Below are positions 10,041 through 23,255 of a stretch of DNA of 64,000 bases, piece after piece. The stretch comes from Schmidtea polychroa. Taxonomy: Eukaryota. Location: contig CM097885.1 of the NCBI GenBank assembly GCA_044892525.1, positions 18,106,001-18,170,000 of the forward strand, in the 5' to 3' direction. The notes under the pieces were generated by a model. That model saw only the letters and a program-made list of their open reading frames with translations, made no database searches and had not been told where the DNA came from. Within the stretch, counting starts at the first letter, position 1; each line of letters starts with the position of its first letter. The translations under genes and the position numbers were made by a program.

Positions 10041-11796
10041 ATGTCAATTATTTATCAATCGAAAATGCATCAAATGTGCCATATTGATCAAGAATTAAAA
10101 GATACAATAAAAAAAATTTCTTATCCATTAATATTTGGTACAATTGGTTATGCGGGATATTGTTACTATCGTAGCAATCGTAACAATGCTCAGATTAAAG
10201 AAAAGCAAAAGGAATTAAGTCATAAGAAAAGTGAACTGTTGAAAAAACTAAAAGATCTTGGAACTCCAATAAATAATATGGATAAGATTACGAATTTGAA
10301 ATTGAGTGATTTACATGAAGCTATTGAAAAAGGAGAATTTACATCACTTGATGTTCTTCAAGCATACCAAGCAAAAGCTCTAATAATGGATAAGGAATAT
10401 AATTTTATAACTGATTTGAATCCCAATGCAGAATTAGATATTTCTCGTGAATCAGTCGACAAGAAAATCATTAACATTCCAATAAGTGTGAAAGAATGTT
10501 TTGTGTTGAAACATTGTGATTGCACTAATGGAATGCTAGATCAAGTTTCTAATCCAGCAAAGGAAGATGAGATTATAATTCAAATTTTGAAGTTACACGG
10601 ATTTATTCCATTTCTTAAAACCAATCTCAGTCAAGGTTGTCTTGCTATAGAATCTTCAAATCCTATCTATGGGGAAACGTTAAATCCATTCAATAAAGGT
10701 CGAACAAGTGGAGGCAGTTCAGGCGGAGAGGGAGCTATATTAGGATGTGGTGCATCGTTGATAGGATTAGGAAGTGACAGTGGAGGAAGTATTCGTATTC
10801 CTTCTCATTATTGTGGGATATATGGATTCAAACCCAGTTCACCAAGGATTAGTAAACGCGATTCCAAATGTATGTTCCCATATCCAAATTTCGTTTGTGA
10901 ATCCTATGGGCCAATGGCGCGTCATATTGATGATTTAGTTGCTGTTTATAAAATGATGACAAACAGAGATTCGTTTCAATTGGATCCATATTGCCCTCCT
11001 ATATGCTTTAATACTAATGTTTTCGAAGACAAACGGCCATTAAAAATAGGTTATTATATTCATCTAGGGGGCAGTCAGGTGACTCCAGTCCCAGCTGTAG
11101 AACGGGCGGTTTTGATGGCAAAAAAGGCATTAGAATCAGCTGGACACAAATTGGTGGAATTCCAAATACCAGAGGTTGATTCTGTAGTATTGGAATTATT
11201 TTTGAGAAGTCTATTAAATGACGGTGGTGAAGGTTTCAAAAAAGAATGTTTGAAAAATAATCCCGTTGATCACTGCATTAGAAATGTTGTTACAATATTA
11301 AAAATACCAAATTTGCTTAAAAAATGTTTAAGTTTTCTACTTTATCCATTCGATAAGAGCTCGAGTATTTTATTGAATGCAACCATGGCGATACCTTCCG
11401 TTTATAAACTATGGCAATTTAAAGATAGGGTTATTGATTATCGCGAAAAGGTTTTAGTCCACTGGCAAAATGAGAAATTGGATGGTTTAATTTGTCCGAC
11501 ATTGCCAATATGTGCTCCACCATTACACAAATCTCAAGAGCTGGAAAGTGTTACTACATATACATCAATCTACAATTTACTGGATTATCCAGCGGGATCT
11601 ACACCTGTTACCACCGTAAATCAAAATGACAGATAGCCTCCTGGCAAATTACCCAAGAGATAGTAAAATCCACCGTAAGATTCTGGAATATCAAAAGGAT
11701 TCTATTGGTATGCCCATAGGAGTACAAAGCGTCTCAATGATGTGGCGAGAGGAGGTATGCCTTAGAATTATGAAAGACATCGCAACAAATATCTAA
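10041..11796 (+). pseudogene. FAAH-like amidase, copy A, 2-bp deletion at ~11632 removing the C-terminus
   Basis: gacAgatag versus gacATTgatag in copy B. Confidence 0.85.
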
Positions 11797-13779
11797 TGAA
11801 AATATTATTTTCCCAATTTTTAGTAATTATTTGAATTATGACTTCATTATTGTTGACTAGTGTGATAACAGTTATTATTAACCTATTATTTGTCTATTTA
11901 TGAAACCTTTAGTATCGTCTGATTTATGATATGAAATACGATGTAAATGTTGCAGTTTAAATTGGTTAGGTTAATTTTATTTTTTTATCAATGTATGTTT
12001 TGTTTTAATCGGTCAATTTAATTGATTTTTTTATCGAAGTGCAAGGACATTTGGAAATGAGGTAATTATATTCCTTGAAACATTTAGTAATTCTTTTTAA
12101 TAAATATTTCCACATCTATAAAATTGTAATTTAGTTTTTATTAATTCAATTTATGTATTTCATTTCTCCCCTTCGGCCTTATGGCTAGTATGTATTATTA
12201 AAATAAAATTTGATTTTTTTTTACTAATCACTTCTCATAGGCCAATGTCATTCATGATTTACTACCTCGTAGTTTATAATGGTGACTGTGGGGCTAAAAA
12301 TGTTTAGCGATTTTATTGTATGAAAGTGAATTCGTCTTTTGAAAATAACAAAATAAAATAAAAATTCGATTCAAAACTTTAATCGCATATTAAACATTCG
12401 GAGTTACATATACATAAACTAATGCAAATCCTTAGTTCTTTAAGCTAGCACAAATTCAGATAAATTTGGTCTACCCAAAATTTCAGCATCAAATTGTGAC
12501 TGAAATGCGTCAGTATTTATAGTCTCATTTTGGTGAGTGAGTATGTCTCAGTGCACTGATTTAGTAAGACAAATTTGAATTATTTTAATTCTGATTAATT
12601 TTCAATTATAATTTTATAAATTTTGATGGAAATTTTTTATACTTAATTGTTTATTTTATTTTCTGATCTTTATATTTTATTTAATTTTAATTAATTGCGT
12701 CGCCATGATGGATATAGCCATTTTCTAGAATATTCGATGCTACTTTAATAATTTGATTATATAATTCCTATTTCTTTTAATTCTTACGTTATTTTATTCT
12801 AGTTTGTGGTAATTTCATTTCTAAATTTTTATATTTTTACTTAACTTCAACTAACTTTTGGCGGCCATGATGGATTTCACCATTTTCATAGAATATTCTA
12901 GCATTTCCTATCATTTCAAATATAATTTTGACTCCTAATTCACCTTTTAATAATAAATCTTTTCCGTTTTCATTCCTACTTTCTTTTATCGACACTGTTT
13001 CACATTGGTTTACTTCTGTTGTGCCTATGTTATTTTGTATCTGTTGAGGTTCTCAAATCTCAACTTGATATTTTCTATATAAATAAGAACACAAACACTG
13101 GTTCTATAAATTTATTTGATTATCACAATTACAAATTATATAATATAAAATTAACAATCACCTCAAAATTATCAGAATTTTTATATATATATGTATATGC
13201 GTGTGTATGTGTATGTGTATGTGAATGCTTGCAGCTTCCTGAGCTCGGATGTGTAAAATAGGTATGCTCTAAATTACATTGCAATATTGATTTCTGAATT
13301 TGCAATTCTTCTTGGAAGCTTTTATTTTTTGGGTGCTTTGACTGACTAAGTCGACTTATATATAAAATCCCTGTTGACACTCTATTTCTAATGTCAATAC
13401 TGATAAAGTTCTGATAAAATCGATAGAATTTCTGTTTTAAAAGTGCAGATTTTAATTGTTACTATTTTTGGAATTATCCCTTTGTCCAGCATCTTTAATG
13501 TATTTTTGTTTCTCATTGATATAAAACAATTAATCAATAAGTATTCCTAATAATTCAATAAAAGATTCAAACTATATGTTGATTTGAACAATGTCAAAAT
13601 AATTTTCATTGTATTCGATTTTGTATGTCTTCATGATATTTTATTAAATAATCAAATAATTTTTGTAATTTATCATCAGATAAGGGGGTTGTTTTTAGCT
13701 GAAATTCTTAGTTTTTTCAAATTGGCATATGTACTAGAAATTTCTATTGTAATTTGTTTTGCGGCATTTGTAAAATTAG

Positions 13780-14104
13780 CTCTCTGTTCAATTAACTGCT
13801 GACGCTAAGATTTAATTGAACTTTTATTTGGAATGAGACTCTTACTCTTTTCTGTCATATCGATGACTTGAGCTCCTTCATTGGCATCAACAACAACAAA
13901 CTATTAAAAGTGAAATTATTAATTTCGACATTTATTTGATATTTATTGACTTACAAAAATTTCAACACTAAATACACCCGTTTGCGAAATATAACAGCCT
14001 ATAATCTAAAAAAAAATCAATAAATATATATTATAGGAACACACAAACTTACCTGTGTGTAAAAATTTAATGCTGCGAAAGTTAACATATTTATTATAGG
14101 AATC
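13780..14104 (-). CDS. Exons of an unidentified small spliced gene (also ~44928..45252)
   Basis: Two 51-nt phase-0 exons (IPIINMLTFAALNFYTQ, IIGCYISQTGVFSVEIF) with gtaagt donors, then FVVVDANEGAQVIDM; ends uncertain. Confidence 0.4.
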
Positions 14105-14464
14105 TAAAAAGTGAGAGAAAATCATTTAGCATACAAACACAGCACACATAATGAAAAATACATACAAAATTAATAAAGTGTTTTTTTCGCGAAATTAACA
14201 TTGATTAACATATAATTAACATATTAATATTTTCAAATTATTTAAAAAATTATGCACAAAAAAACTTTTCAATCAGTTTCCGACTGCTCTACCTTGAGCT
14301 TTAGAGAAAAAGAAGAAAATACATCATAAGATTTAATTATAAAATAATTTAGAATATAAAATTTCTTTAGATTTACAGATATTGAAGAATGTCCTTCGAC
14401 ATCTTTGAATTTGCAGGAAAAAAATCGCAAATCGTAGCACTGCTTCCATGCCAATAATAATCAC

Positions 14465-14512
<48 letters not shown>

Positions 14513-14542
14513 GTATAAAGTGATGATTTCTTGGTAGCAGCA

Positions 14543-17220
14543 TTTATTATTTAAAACAATAAAGTGATAATTTAAGCCTTTTGCTGCGAATAATGTATTA
14601 AATGAAAAAATTAGTCGTTGTCAATCTCCTGGAATTTAGCAATCTCCTTCCCGAAAATACATTTCTATCTTTCTTTTATTTCTTTTTTCTTAATTCTCAT
14701 TGGGTATAAATATAATATAATGATATACTTTCTTTTTTTTAAATTTATTATATTTTTTATATATTTTCAGTTATTCTCAAGGTCAATGACAACAGATCAA
14801 ATTGATGATTTCATTGATTTCTTCTTTAGTGTTGATTTTTGGCCGTCTGTTTATGATGAGAATTGCTTCTTTGAATCTGACATTTTTCTTTTGGATGTTT
14901 CCATTAACTATGATTTCGATTGAAATATTTTTCTTCCTCTCTGTTGGTTGACATTGTTGCAGATGTCTGTTTATCGAGGATGTTCACCAGGATCTAGATG
15001 TTCTTTAACTCTTTGGTGCAAGGTCCTGAGTGTACTTCCAATGTTGATTTCATTGCATACATTGCACGTGATGCAATAGACGATGTTTTTTCTAAAGCAC
15101 ATATCTTTTGGTGTCTGGGAGCTTTTCATTGTGCAATTGTTTTCTCTATTTATGTTACCTGCCAGAGCCCTTCTCGATGTCCAAGATTTATGTGCTATCC
15201 GAATTGGAAGACCGGTACGTTTAAGTTCTTTCAGGATCTTGAAATTTTATTTATTTATTAGAAAATTTAGAATTATTAGTGATGATGAAGCAATTCATGA
15301 TGATGATGATTTTTCAGCTATTCATGATGATGATGATGTTCTAGCAATTAATGAAGCAATTAATGATGATGATACAGAATCTTGCATTATAGAGAAACAT
15401 ACAAGGATGACAGCCGCATGTCACCAAACACCATCGAAATGAAGATCAACAAAGTATGAAAAGTCATAGCTTTGGAAATGAAGCTCAACAACAGAATAAC
15501 CAGCACTTTCGTCACAAAATTTCTGATCTTCCCAACTTCTACCACCTAATTAAAACTCACAAAGAGGCTCCTGGTATCAGAATTAGACCTATAGTGTCCA
15601 ACACAAATGGACCAACAACTAAAACAAGTTGGCTCCTTTCAAAGATCTTGAAACTTTTATTGGACACGATACCACCCCATCTTCAAAGCAGCGACTGCCT
15701 CGTGACAAGATTAAATAATAACATAACTTCTCATAGAGAATTCAAATACTCATTCAGTCTTGATGCCGTATCACTATACACATCTATCGAACCAAAAGAG
15801 GCTATTCAATGTTTAGAAAATAAATTAAGAGAAAACAATTTGTTAATAAAGGAAATAAATATGGAGAATATCACCAAACTGCTTACTGTTATCCTCAAGA
15901 ACACCTATTTTACCTTTGAGCAAAATATCTATAAACAAGTTAAAGGTCTGTCTTTGGGTTCTAGCATATCATGACTGCTAGCCATCATCTTTATGGATAA
16001 CCTCAAACTACAGACACGGATACTATACAACCCATCGGTTTCTATGCAAGATATGTTGATGATATCTTCATCACGACTAAAAGCAGAAAAGAAGCGGAGG
16101 AAATATTTCATACATTCAATACGGTTCACCGAGATATTAAGTTCGAAATCGAATATCCGGAATAAGATAGATCCCTCAATTTATTGGATTTTAGAAATAA
16201 AATAGAAGCAAATACTCCAACATACGGGTACTACAGAAAACCAGCTCGCAAAAAAATATTTATGCACCAAAGATCAGCGCTTCCATACTTACAGAAAGTA
16301 CATGTCATAAGAAACGAGAAACGAATAATAACCAATAGATGCATTGAAGAAAACGAAAACTTAAAACAACAATCAAATTTCAATAAAAACCTACACAGAA
16401 ACGGACACCAAGGTGAGGCATTGAAAGAATGAATTCTACCCCAAGAAGATCTAGGGAATTAACACAAAAGAATCAGAAATATTTCTATCTTAATATCCCA
16501 TTCATCAGTGACATACTCGACTTCAAGATCCTGAAAGAACTTAAACGTACCGGTCTTCCAATTCGGATAGCACATAAATCTTGGACATTAGGAAAAGCTC
16601 TGGCAAAGAACATAAATAGAGAAAACAATTGCACAATATAAAACTCCCAGACACAGAAAGATATGTGCTTTAGAGAAAACATCGTCTATTGCATCACGTG
16701 CAATGTATGCAATGAAATAAACATTGGAAGTACACTCAGGATCTTGCACCAAAGAGTTAAAGAACATCTAGATCCTGGTGGATCATCCTCGACAAACAGA
16801 CATCTGCAACAATGTCAACCAACAGAGAGGAAGAAAAATATTTCAATCGAAATCATAGTTAATGAAAACATCCAAAAGAAAAATGTCAGATTCAAAGAAG
16901 CAATTCTCATCATAAACAGACGGCCAAAAATCAACACTAAAGAAGAAATCAATGAAATCATCAATTTGATCTGTTGTCATTGACCTTGAGAATAACTGAT
17001 AATATATAAAAAATATAATAAATTTAAAAAAAAAGAAAGTATATCATTATATTATATTTATACCCAATGAGAATTAAGAAAAAAGAAATAAAAGAAAGAT
17101 AGAAATGTATTTTCGGGAAGGAGATTGCTAAATTCCAGGAGATTGACAACGACTAATTTTTTCATTTAATACATTATTCGCAGCAAAAGGCTTAAATTAT
17201 CACTTTATTGTTTTAAATAA
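14543..17220 (+). mobile_element. Degenerate Penelope-like element (RT + GIY-YIG) with inverted ~700-bp terminal repeat, copy A
   Basis: PNFYHLIKTHK, IRPIVS, SLDAVSLYTSI, YKQVKGL.LGS, RYVDDIF (~16050), NIVYCITCNVC..NIGST..LHQRVKEH; several stops and frameshifts; 14543..15244 is the reverse complement of ~16521..17220; (AAT)n at both ends. Confidence 0.9.
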
Positions 17221-17639
17221 TAATAATAATAATGATAATAATAATAATAATAATGACAATAATAACAACAATAATAACAACAATAATAACAACAATAATA
17301 ATAATTATTATTATTATAACAATAATAATTAAGAATAACAACTTAAAAAATAATAATAACACTCAGAAAATTTTAAATAAGAATATATTAGTATTATTCA
17401 TAACTTTAAATAAAATTGTAAATTGGTTTACTTTTTAATATAAGATTTCCCCAAGAACCGATAAATCAATAAAAATAAAATATATAATTCCAGCTTGATA
17501 ACATAACTTAGTCACATTCAAATTGGTAATAATCACAATATAATAATGTTTATCCCATTAATCACATAGATACATGTATTTTTTTCTATTATGTAATATT
17601 TAAGTTTCAAAATCTTTCGTGTTCGTCCATCTTCTAACA

Positions 17640-17756
17640 TAACTTAAGATTGCAAGGTTGTAATTTTTGATGGTTCATAAATTCCTTAGTTATGTAATAA
17701 TTTTTAGTTATGAATCCCAAGGACATATATACTATCATAATTCAGTTTCTTAATTT
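17640..17756 (-). pseudogene. Diverged fragment of the ETS gene large exon (also ~48792..48908)
   Basis: Aligns by eye with ~19218..19336 (aacttaagattg.aaggttgtaatttttgatg...ggacatatat..actatcataattcagttt). Confidence 0.75.
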
Positions 17757-18698
17757 TTCTACCCTTTCTTGAATTCTAACATAAATTATAAAGCGCAACT
17801 TCTACTTAATTTTTAACACACAGGTCAATAGAACTGTTTTTTTTGTTATTTTTATATTATAAATGGTTTTTAAACAGGGGTATAATAAATGTTTCTAAGG
17901 CGCAATTTTTCTTATTTAATTTATTTTACGTTAATATTTTAAGTGTGACATTGAATTTTATTAATATTACAAATTATATTTCATGCTTTTAATAAAATTA
18001 TCTGTAAAAATATTTCTTAAAATTTCGTCAGAATAGAATTTTCTCTTGTTTTTAAAAATAAATTAAACTAAATTAAAATTTACTAAATTAAAACTGGTTA
18101 TTTCTTTATATATGTTGAAAATGTTAATATAGTTAACGAGGTAAAGATACATTTTCAATTTAAACCGCACGCAGAATTCTCTAAATAAAGAATAGCATTC
18201 ACTCACATTTAGGAACATTTAACCAAAGAACTAAATCAAATAGCGGTCCTCATCCTCAATTAAAATCATAAAAATTCTTTTACTTTCATAAAGGAGTAAA
18301 ATTAAATTAAATTAAAAAATTAAAGTTTATTGAAACAATTCGTTCTGATAATAATTTTTAATATATTTGATAACGATTCCTTCGCCTTAGAATAGCTTGA
18401 TACCCTGCCTGTCTATAATAAATGAGAATGATTAAATTTAATAGAATTAATCTTATCTTAGATCCTTTCAACTCTAGCCCTTGAGATTTCAACGATATCT
18501 TTTTCATGTCTGATTGGAAATTATGAAGCACAACGGGGTCAATAAAAATAGATAACAATATTAAGTTTATTAATTGATTAATTTAAATTAATTAGTAAGT
18601 TATTATTCCTCATTGGATCTATTATAAAACCTTAATAGAATATTCAAAATGAATATGCTTATTTCCCCATTGTGCTTCACCTTTCCTCCAAACTTGAA

Positions 18699-20351
18699 TC
18701 AGTTATTGTCCTCTGTCAAACAACTCTTGTCAAATATATAACTTTTCCTAAGTTTATATTTCTTCAATATTCCATTGTTGTAATAATATCTAGAAAGTAA
18801 ATATGATTGAAATGGAAAAGGTAAACAAATGAAAACCTCAAATTTCTTGACATGGATTCGTAAGTCATAGTTTCATTGCCTTGAAATATTCCCCATAAAG
18901 CGGCAATCTTTTTAGTATTTTTGATGATGAAAGATCCTTCTTGTTCGTCTATCCACGCGACTCCCATGTCATGTTGTCTTGCACATTTATCTTTTAGAAC
19001 AAATAAGAAGAATTGCCACATTTCCATCCGACATGAAATGTTGTCACGAACGTTCTCAATAATTTCTATTTGTTTTCTTGTTAACTCAAAATAAAATTTC
19101 GATTTTTTCGGAATGGGTCTCAAACTGATGTCTTTTACTGATCTTGAAGGTTTTGAACATTTCCTGATGTCATTAGAGGAAGAGTCAGAAACTTTTTCAT
19201 TATATCTATTATTTTGTAACTTAAGATTGGAAGGTTGTAATTTTTGATGATTTATCAATTCCTTAGTTATGTAAGAATCTGCAGTCATGAATCCCGAGGA
19301 CATATATCCACTATCATAATTCAGTTTTGGTAATTTATAATTATTATCATTATTATTTTCATTTCCATCAAAATGGCAATTATCAAAACTTCTTTTTTTG
19401 TCAGTAGATAAAATCGAATTGTTTAATTCTTTCGGTTTGATTAGTCTATGAATTAGTTTTGGTTTTTTCTTCGTATGAATTTGATTTTGAATATTTACAA
19501 AATCATTAGGAGCAGATTCATATACATAATTTTCAGTCATATAACCAGACATGTTATTTGCCATTGGTGTATATAAATGGGCGTTGGAATAATTTGGATA
19601 GTTACTGTTAGGTAGACTTATATATCCGGATGGGATTCCGAAAGGTTGGGGCATAAATTGTAGGTCATTGTTATTGTGACTGTTGAATAATTGATGATTG
19701 TTGTTTATGTTCAATAAATTTTGATTCGAAATAAATTGGTTATTATTATTATTATTATAATCATTTTGCAATGAAGTATTATTGTTTATTCCAAATGTCG
19801 ATTCATATTGATTATAATTCTGATTGTAAGGATTATAAATAAAGTTATTAGACATTGATGGGGTCAATGGATCTTGAGGAAGAGATTGATTGATTAATGG
19901 ACTGAACTCTAAAATAACAATGAATAAAGTCAGTGAATTTTTTAAATATTACCAGGTAAATCTTTAATGATTTCATCGAATACTAAAGAAATTAGAACAT
20001 ATAATTTAAATGGTATACTTAATAAATTGCTTACGCTCATTGTCGGGCAAAAAGCTATCAGATTGATCTAAATTTAAATAAATTAAATAAAGTTAATTAA
20101 AATATTTAATAATTACCTTTAAAAATCTCGTCGAACCAAGCTTGATCATCCTGGTTCATTGTATCTGAATGATGGATATTTCAATTAAATACTCATGATA
20201 GGATATATAATCTCTTACCTAATACATTTCCAAATAAATCACAGTTGCTTTGAAAATGATTTTTCTTGTTTAAATTATCGGTAATAATATTATTCTGAAA
20301 CGATATATAAATTGAATATTATACAAATGATAAACTGACATTGTTTTGCAT
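18699..20351 (-). CDS. ETS-domain transcription factor, 7 exons, ~453 aa, copy A1
   Basis: MWQFFL..., AWID, IAALWG, MTYESMSRNLR|YYYNNGILKK; introns 20295-20339, 20165-20218, 20068-20116, 19983-20034, 19909-19952 and 18790-18836 keep the frame. Confidence 0.9.
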
Positions 20352-21146
20352 TTTAATCGTTTAGTTATTATTGAATCTGCGAATTCTTATATAGCAGAAA
20401 TATTCAATAAAAATAAAGAATAGAAGGATTGAAATTTGAAAGGATTGGTTTTCCATTTCATTTGATATTGCAGCAAAATACATTGAATTTCTTGTATAGA
20501 TAGTTGTTTTATAAAATTGTTATCCATCTTGATTAATTTACAAATTAAATTCATAGATTTTGGTAGGCTTGATTTTAATATTCGACACTTTCTAACAGAA
20601 GTTTATCGTTATCATATTAAAAATATTGATTTTTAAAAATCTTTGATAACTCAAAATTGTCCTAGTAACAAATAATATGATGTCATATGAAATAACACTA
20701 ATAAAATTTATTGATTGTTATTCCGGTTAACGATATTCAGTAAAATTTGTCGTTCAATGTTATAAAGTAAAATCATAATAATTTATATGTGAATATTAAA
20801 CATTTGATCTACATTATTTTTATTGAATATTGTTAAAATTTATCGTGTTTCCTGTTTGTAATTAATTTCTTTTTTTAATGTTACGCATTAATTTTATTAT
20901 TTTCCAATGAGATTTCAATAAGTTAACAGAAACTAAATAAACATATGAGTTAAGATAATGATACTTTCCAAAGGCTGATTTGATACGAAATTTTGTTCCC
21001 TTTGGATAATATGCCCAGTGGAGGATCAAAAGTCGTATCAACGGTATATATATATATATATAAAAACAGTTGTATGGAGTGGTCCAGTATCCATGACCAG
21101 ATCGAGTAACCCTTTTTTAACCCTTTTACTGACAAAACGATTGTAA

Positions 21147-21695
21147 CATACCTGTTTGCATGGAATAAAATCGAAAAATGGCGAAAATTGCTATGAATTT
21201 GGAAGGTTACTCAGAATCACCCAAAAATCGATTGGAACAATAATATAAAAATACAAAAAATATGGATAAATCTTCAAAGGAAAGACGCCGCAAAAAGCAA
21301 ATTGTTTTAGAAGAACAGGGAAATAAATCTGTGTTTGGTAATTAATTATAGTTAAAAATATATCTAATTTATATCAAAATAATTCCAAGATAATTGTCAT
21401 GTATACATTCCCAAAAAACAGCTGAAAAGTAATTGAAAATAAATTATAATACAAATGTTGACTAAAAGTAATATATAAGAGCTTGAGTAATGATCTCATA
21501 ATTACATATAAAATCAAAATTTAAGCCTTAAAATTTACTAAAAATTAAAATTCTCCTTTGAGAACCAGTTATAAAATAGCTAAAATGAATAAACTTATAA
21601 ATTAACTTCATTTCATCACAAATAAACAGTCATCTATAATTGAGGTACACACCAACCAGTATGATATTTGCTTTTGTAACGTGCAAACAGGTGTA
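21147..21695. mobile_element. Possible Tc1/mariner-type non-autonomous element
   Basis: Imperfect inverted ends acctgtttgca / tgcaaacaggt. Confidence 0.3.
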
Positions 21696-22599
21696 TCAAC
21701 ATCTTTTTCTAAAAGCACAAATGCACTTGCTTAGTAAAATATTACTCTTTATATATTTAATAAAAGATATAGTTGCCAAATAAAGTAGGAGATATTCATA
21801 ATGTTTTATGATGGAGTAGGTGAACTGTTCAAATGAACGAGGAAGATCAAATTAATGGTTTAGCAGAGATTTTTGTTTCAGCGATTTTCGAATTTTGACG
21901 GAATAAACACCACTGAAAGAAGTACATCAACTGAGAACTTTTTTCAAAATTTCGAAATAGAGCAATTAAAAATGGTTCAACAGGTCTCAGTATTGATGTC
22001 AGACCACGCGTAATCAAAATAGCTGATAACCAAATGCATGGTACCAGTGTGTTAAACACGTGTTCTACATAGATACTTGTTCAATTCAAGAACGTTGGAA
22101 TTTGGAAGTTAGGGTACACATTTTATGACGTTGTCATCTAAAGCGCCATTAAGAAATCTAGTGTGCTGATAGTTATTTACTTAAATAAGGACGCCGCAAA
22201 AACTGATCACGCTTAAAGAGGAGGGCAGAAAATGTATAGGTTTGGTTTATATTTAAATTTCTTTGACAATAGTGCCCAAAAAACTGACTAGGAACAGTTT
22301 GAGAAAAATCGTGATAATATTAGAACAAATAGCTAGTTGTAGTGGTAACATTTAGTGTACCTTAAGCATTCGAAAGGACTTTCATACTAAAATATCTAAT
22401 AATACCAAATCTTGTTGCTGTGTGGATATTGTCTAACTCAGTCAATAGCGACGAGGTTTCATTTGGTGGATGTTCATTTAATCATGACGCCTGTTAAGAA
22501 GCAAATTATTTTAGATAATAATGATTTCAGGGCAACATTTCACCAGAAAAATTAGATAATATTGTAAAATTTTGTAAACAAACATTATATTAATACAAA

Positions 22600-23255
22600 T
22601 GAAAATACTGAACTTTTATATATCGATATTAATAATTTGTACAACTGTGCTCTTAGCCAAAAAACTTACTAGGGTGAGTTTTCTTAGGTGATAGATGAGC
22701 CCAAATTAAGTAATTTATTAAAAGACTGAATCTATTGATCTACATTCACTTTCATGTGTGTATACTATGGAAGTGGATTTAGATATTCCAACATCTATTC
22801 ACGATAAACTGGATGATTTTCCGGTTGCGGCTGAAAGGGTGTGTGCTCCATGATCTAAAGTGGAAAAGTTGATGCTCACGCATTTGCCAAAGAAGAACAA
22901 TGTTCTTCATTGGAGACTTTTCCAACTTTATCTTTCTCTTGGAGTAAAGGTTACTCAAATTCATATGGATATCAAATTTCATCAATATACTATATTCAAA
23001 AAATATATTGGCACAAACACTCAACTTCGGGCTGTGTCAACAAATAATCTCGACACAAATTATTTAAAACTTCGAAATAATAGTTTATATGGAAGACAGT
23101 TGAAAACTTGAAGAAGCGAATGACTTTGAGATTATGTAACTCAACTTCTAAACTATTTCCAATTAAAAATATAAAATTAGCCCTAACAAATTATGATGAT
23201 AAGAGGCATTTGATAAGTAAAAATAAAGGTTTAGCCTATGGGCATTATTAAATAG
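22600..23255 (+). pseudogene. Polinton protein-primed family B DNA polymerase remnant (polymerase domain and C-terminus)
   Basis: YIDINNLY..ALSQKL (motif A), EVDLDIP.SIHDKLDDFPVAAE, KLRNNSLYG (motif B), ALTNYDDKRH...LAYGHY. Confidence 0.85.

Noticed and set aside
16981..17220. Hammerhead ribozyme expected in a Penelope terminal repeat
   Set aside because: No CUGAnGA...GAAA core with flanking stems found by eye; an Infernal search would be needed
18358..18558. 66-aa ORF repeated downstream of each ETS copy
   Set aside because: Non-ATG start and no motif; recurrence is explained by the duplication
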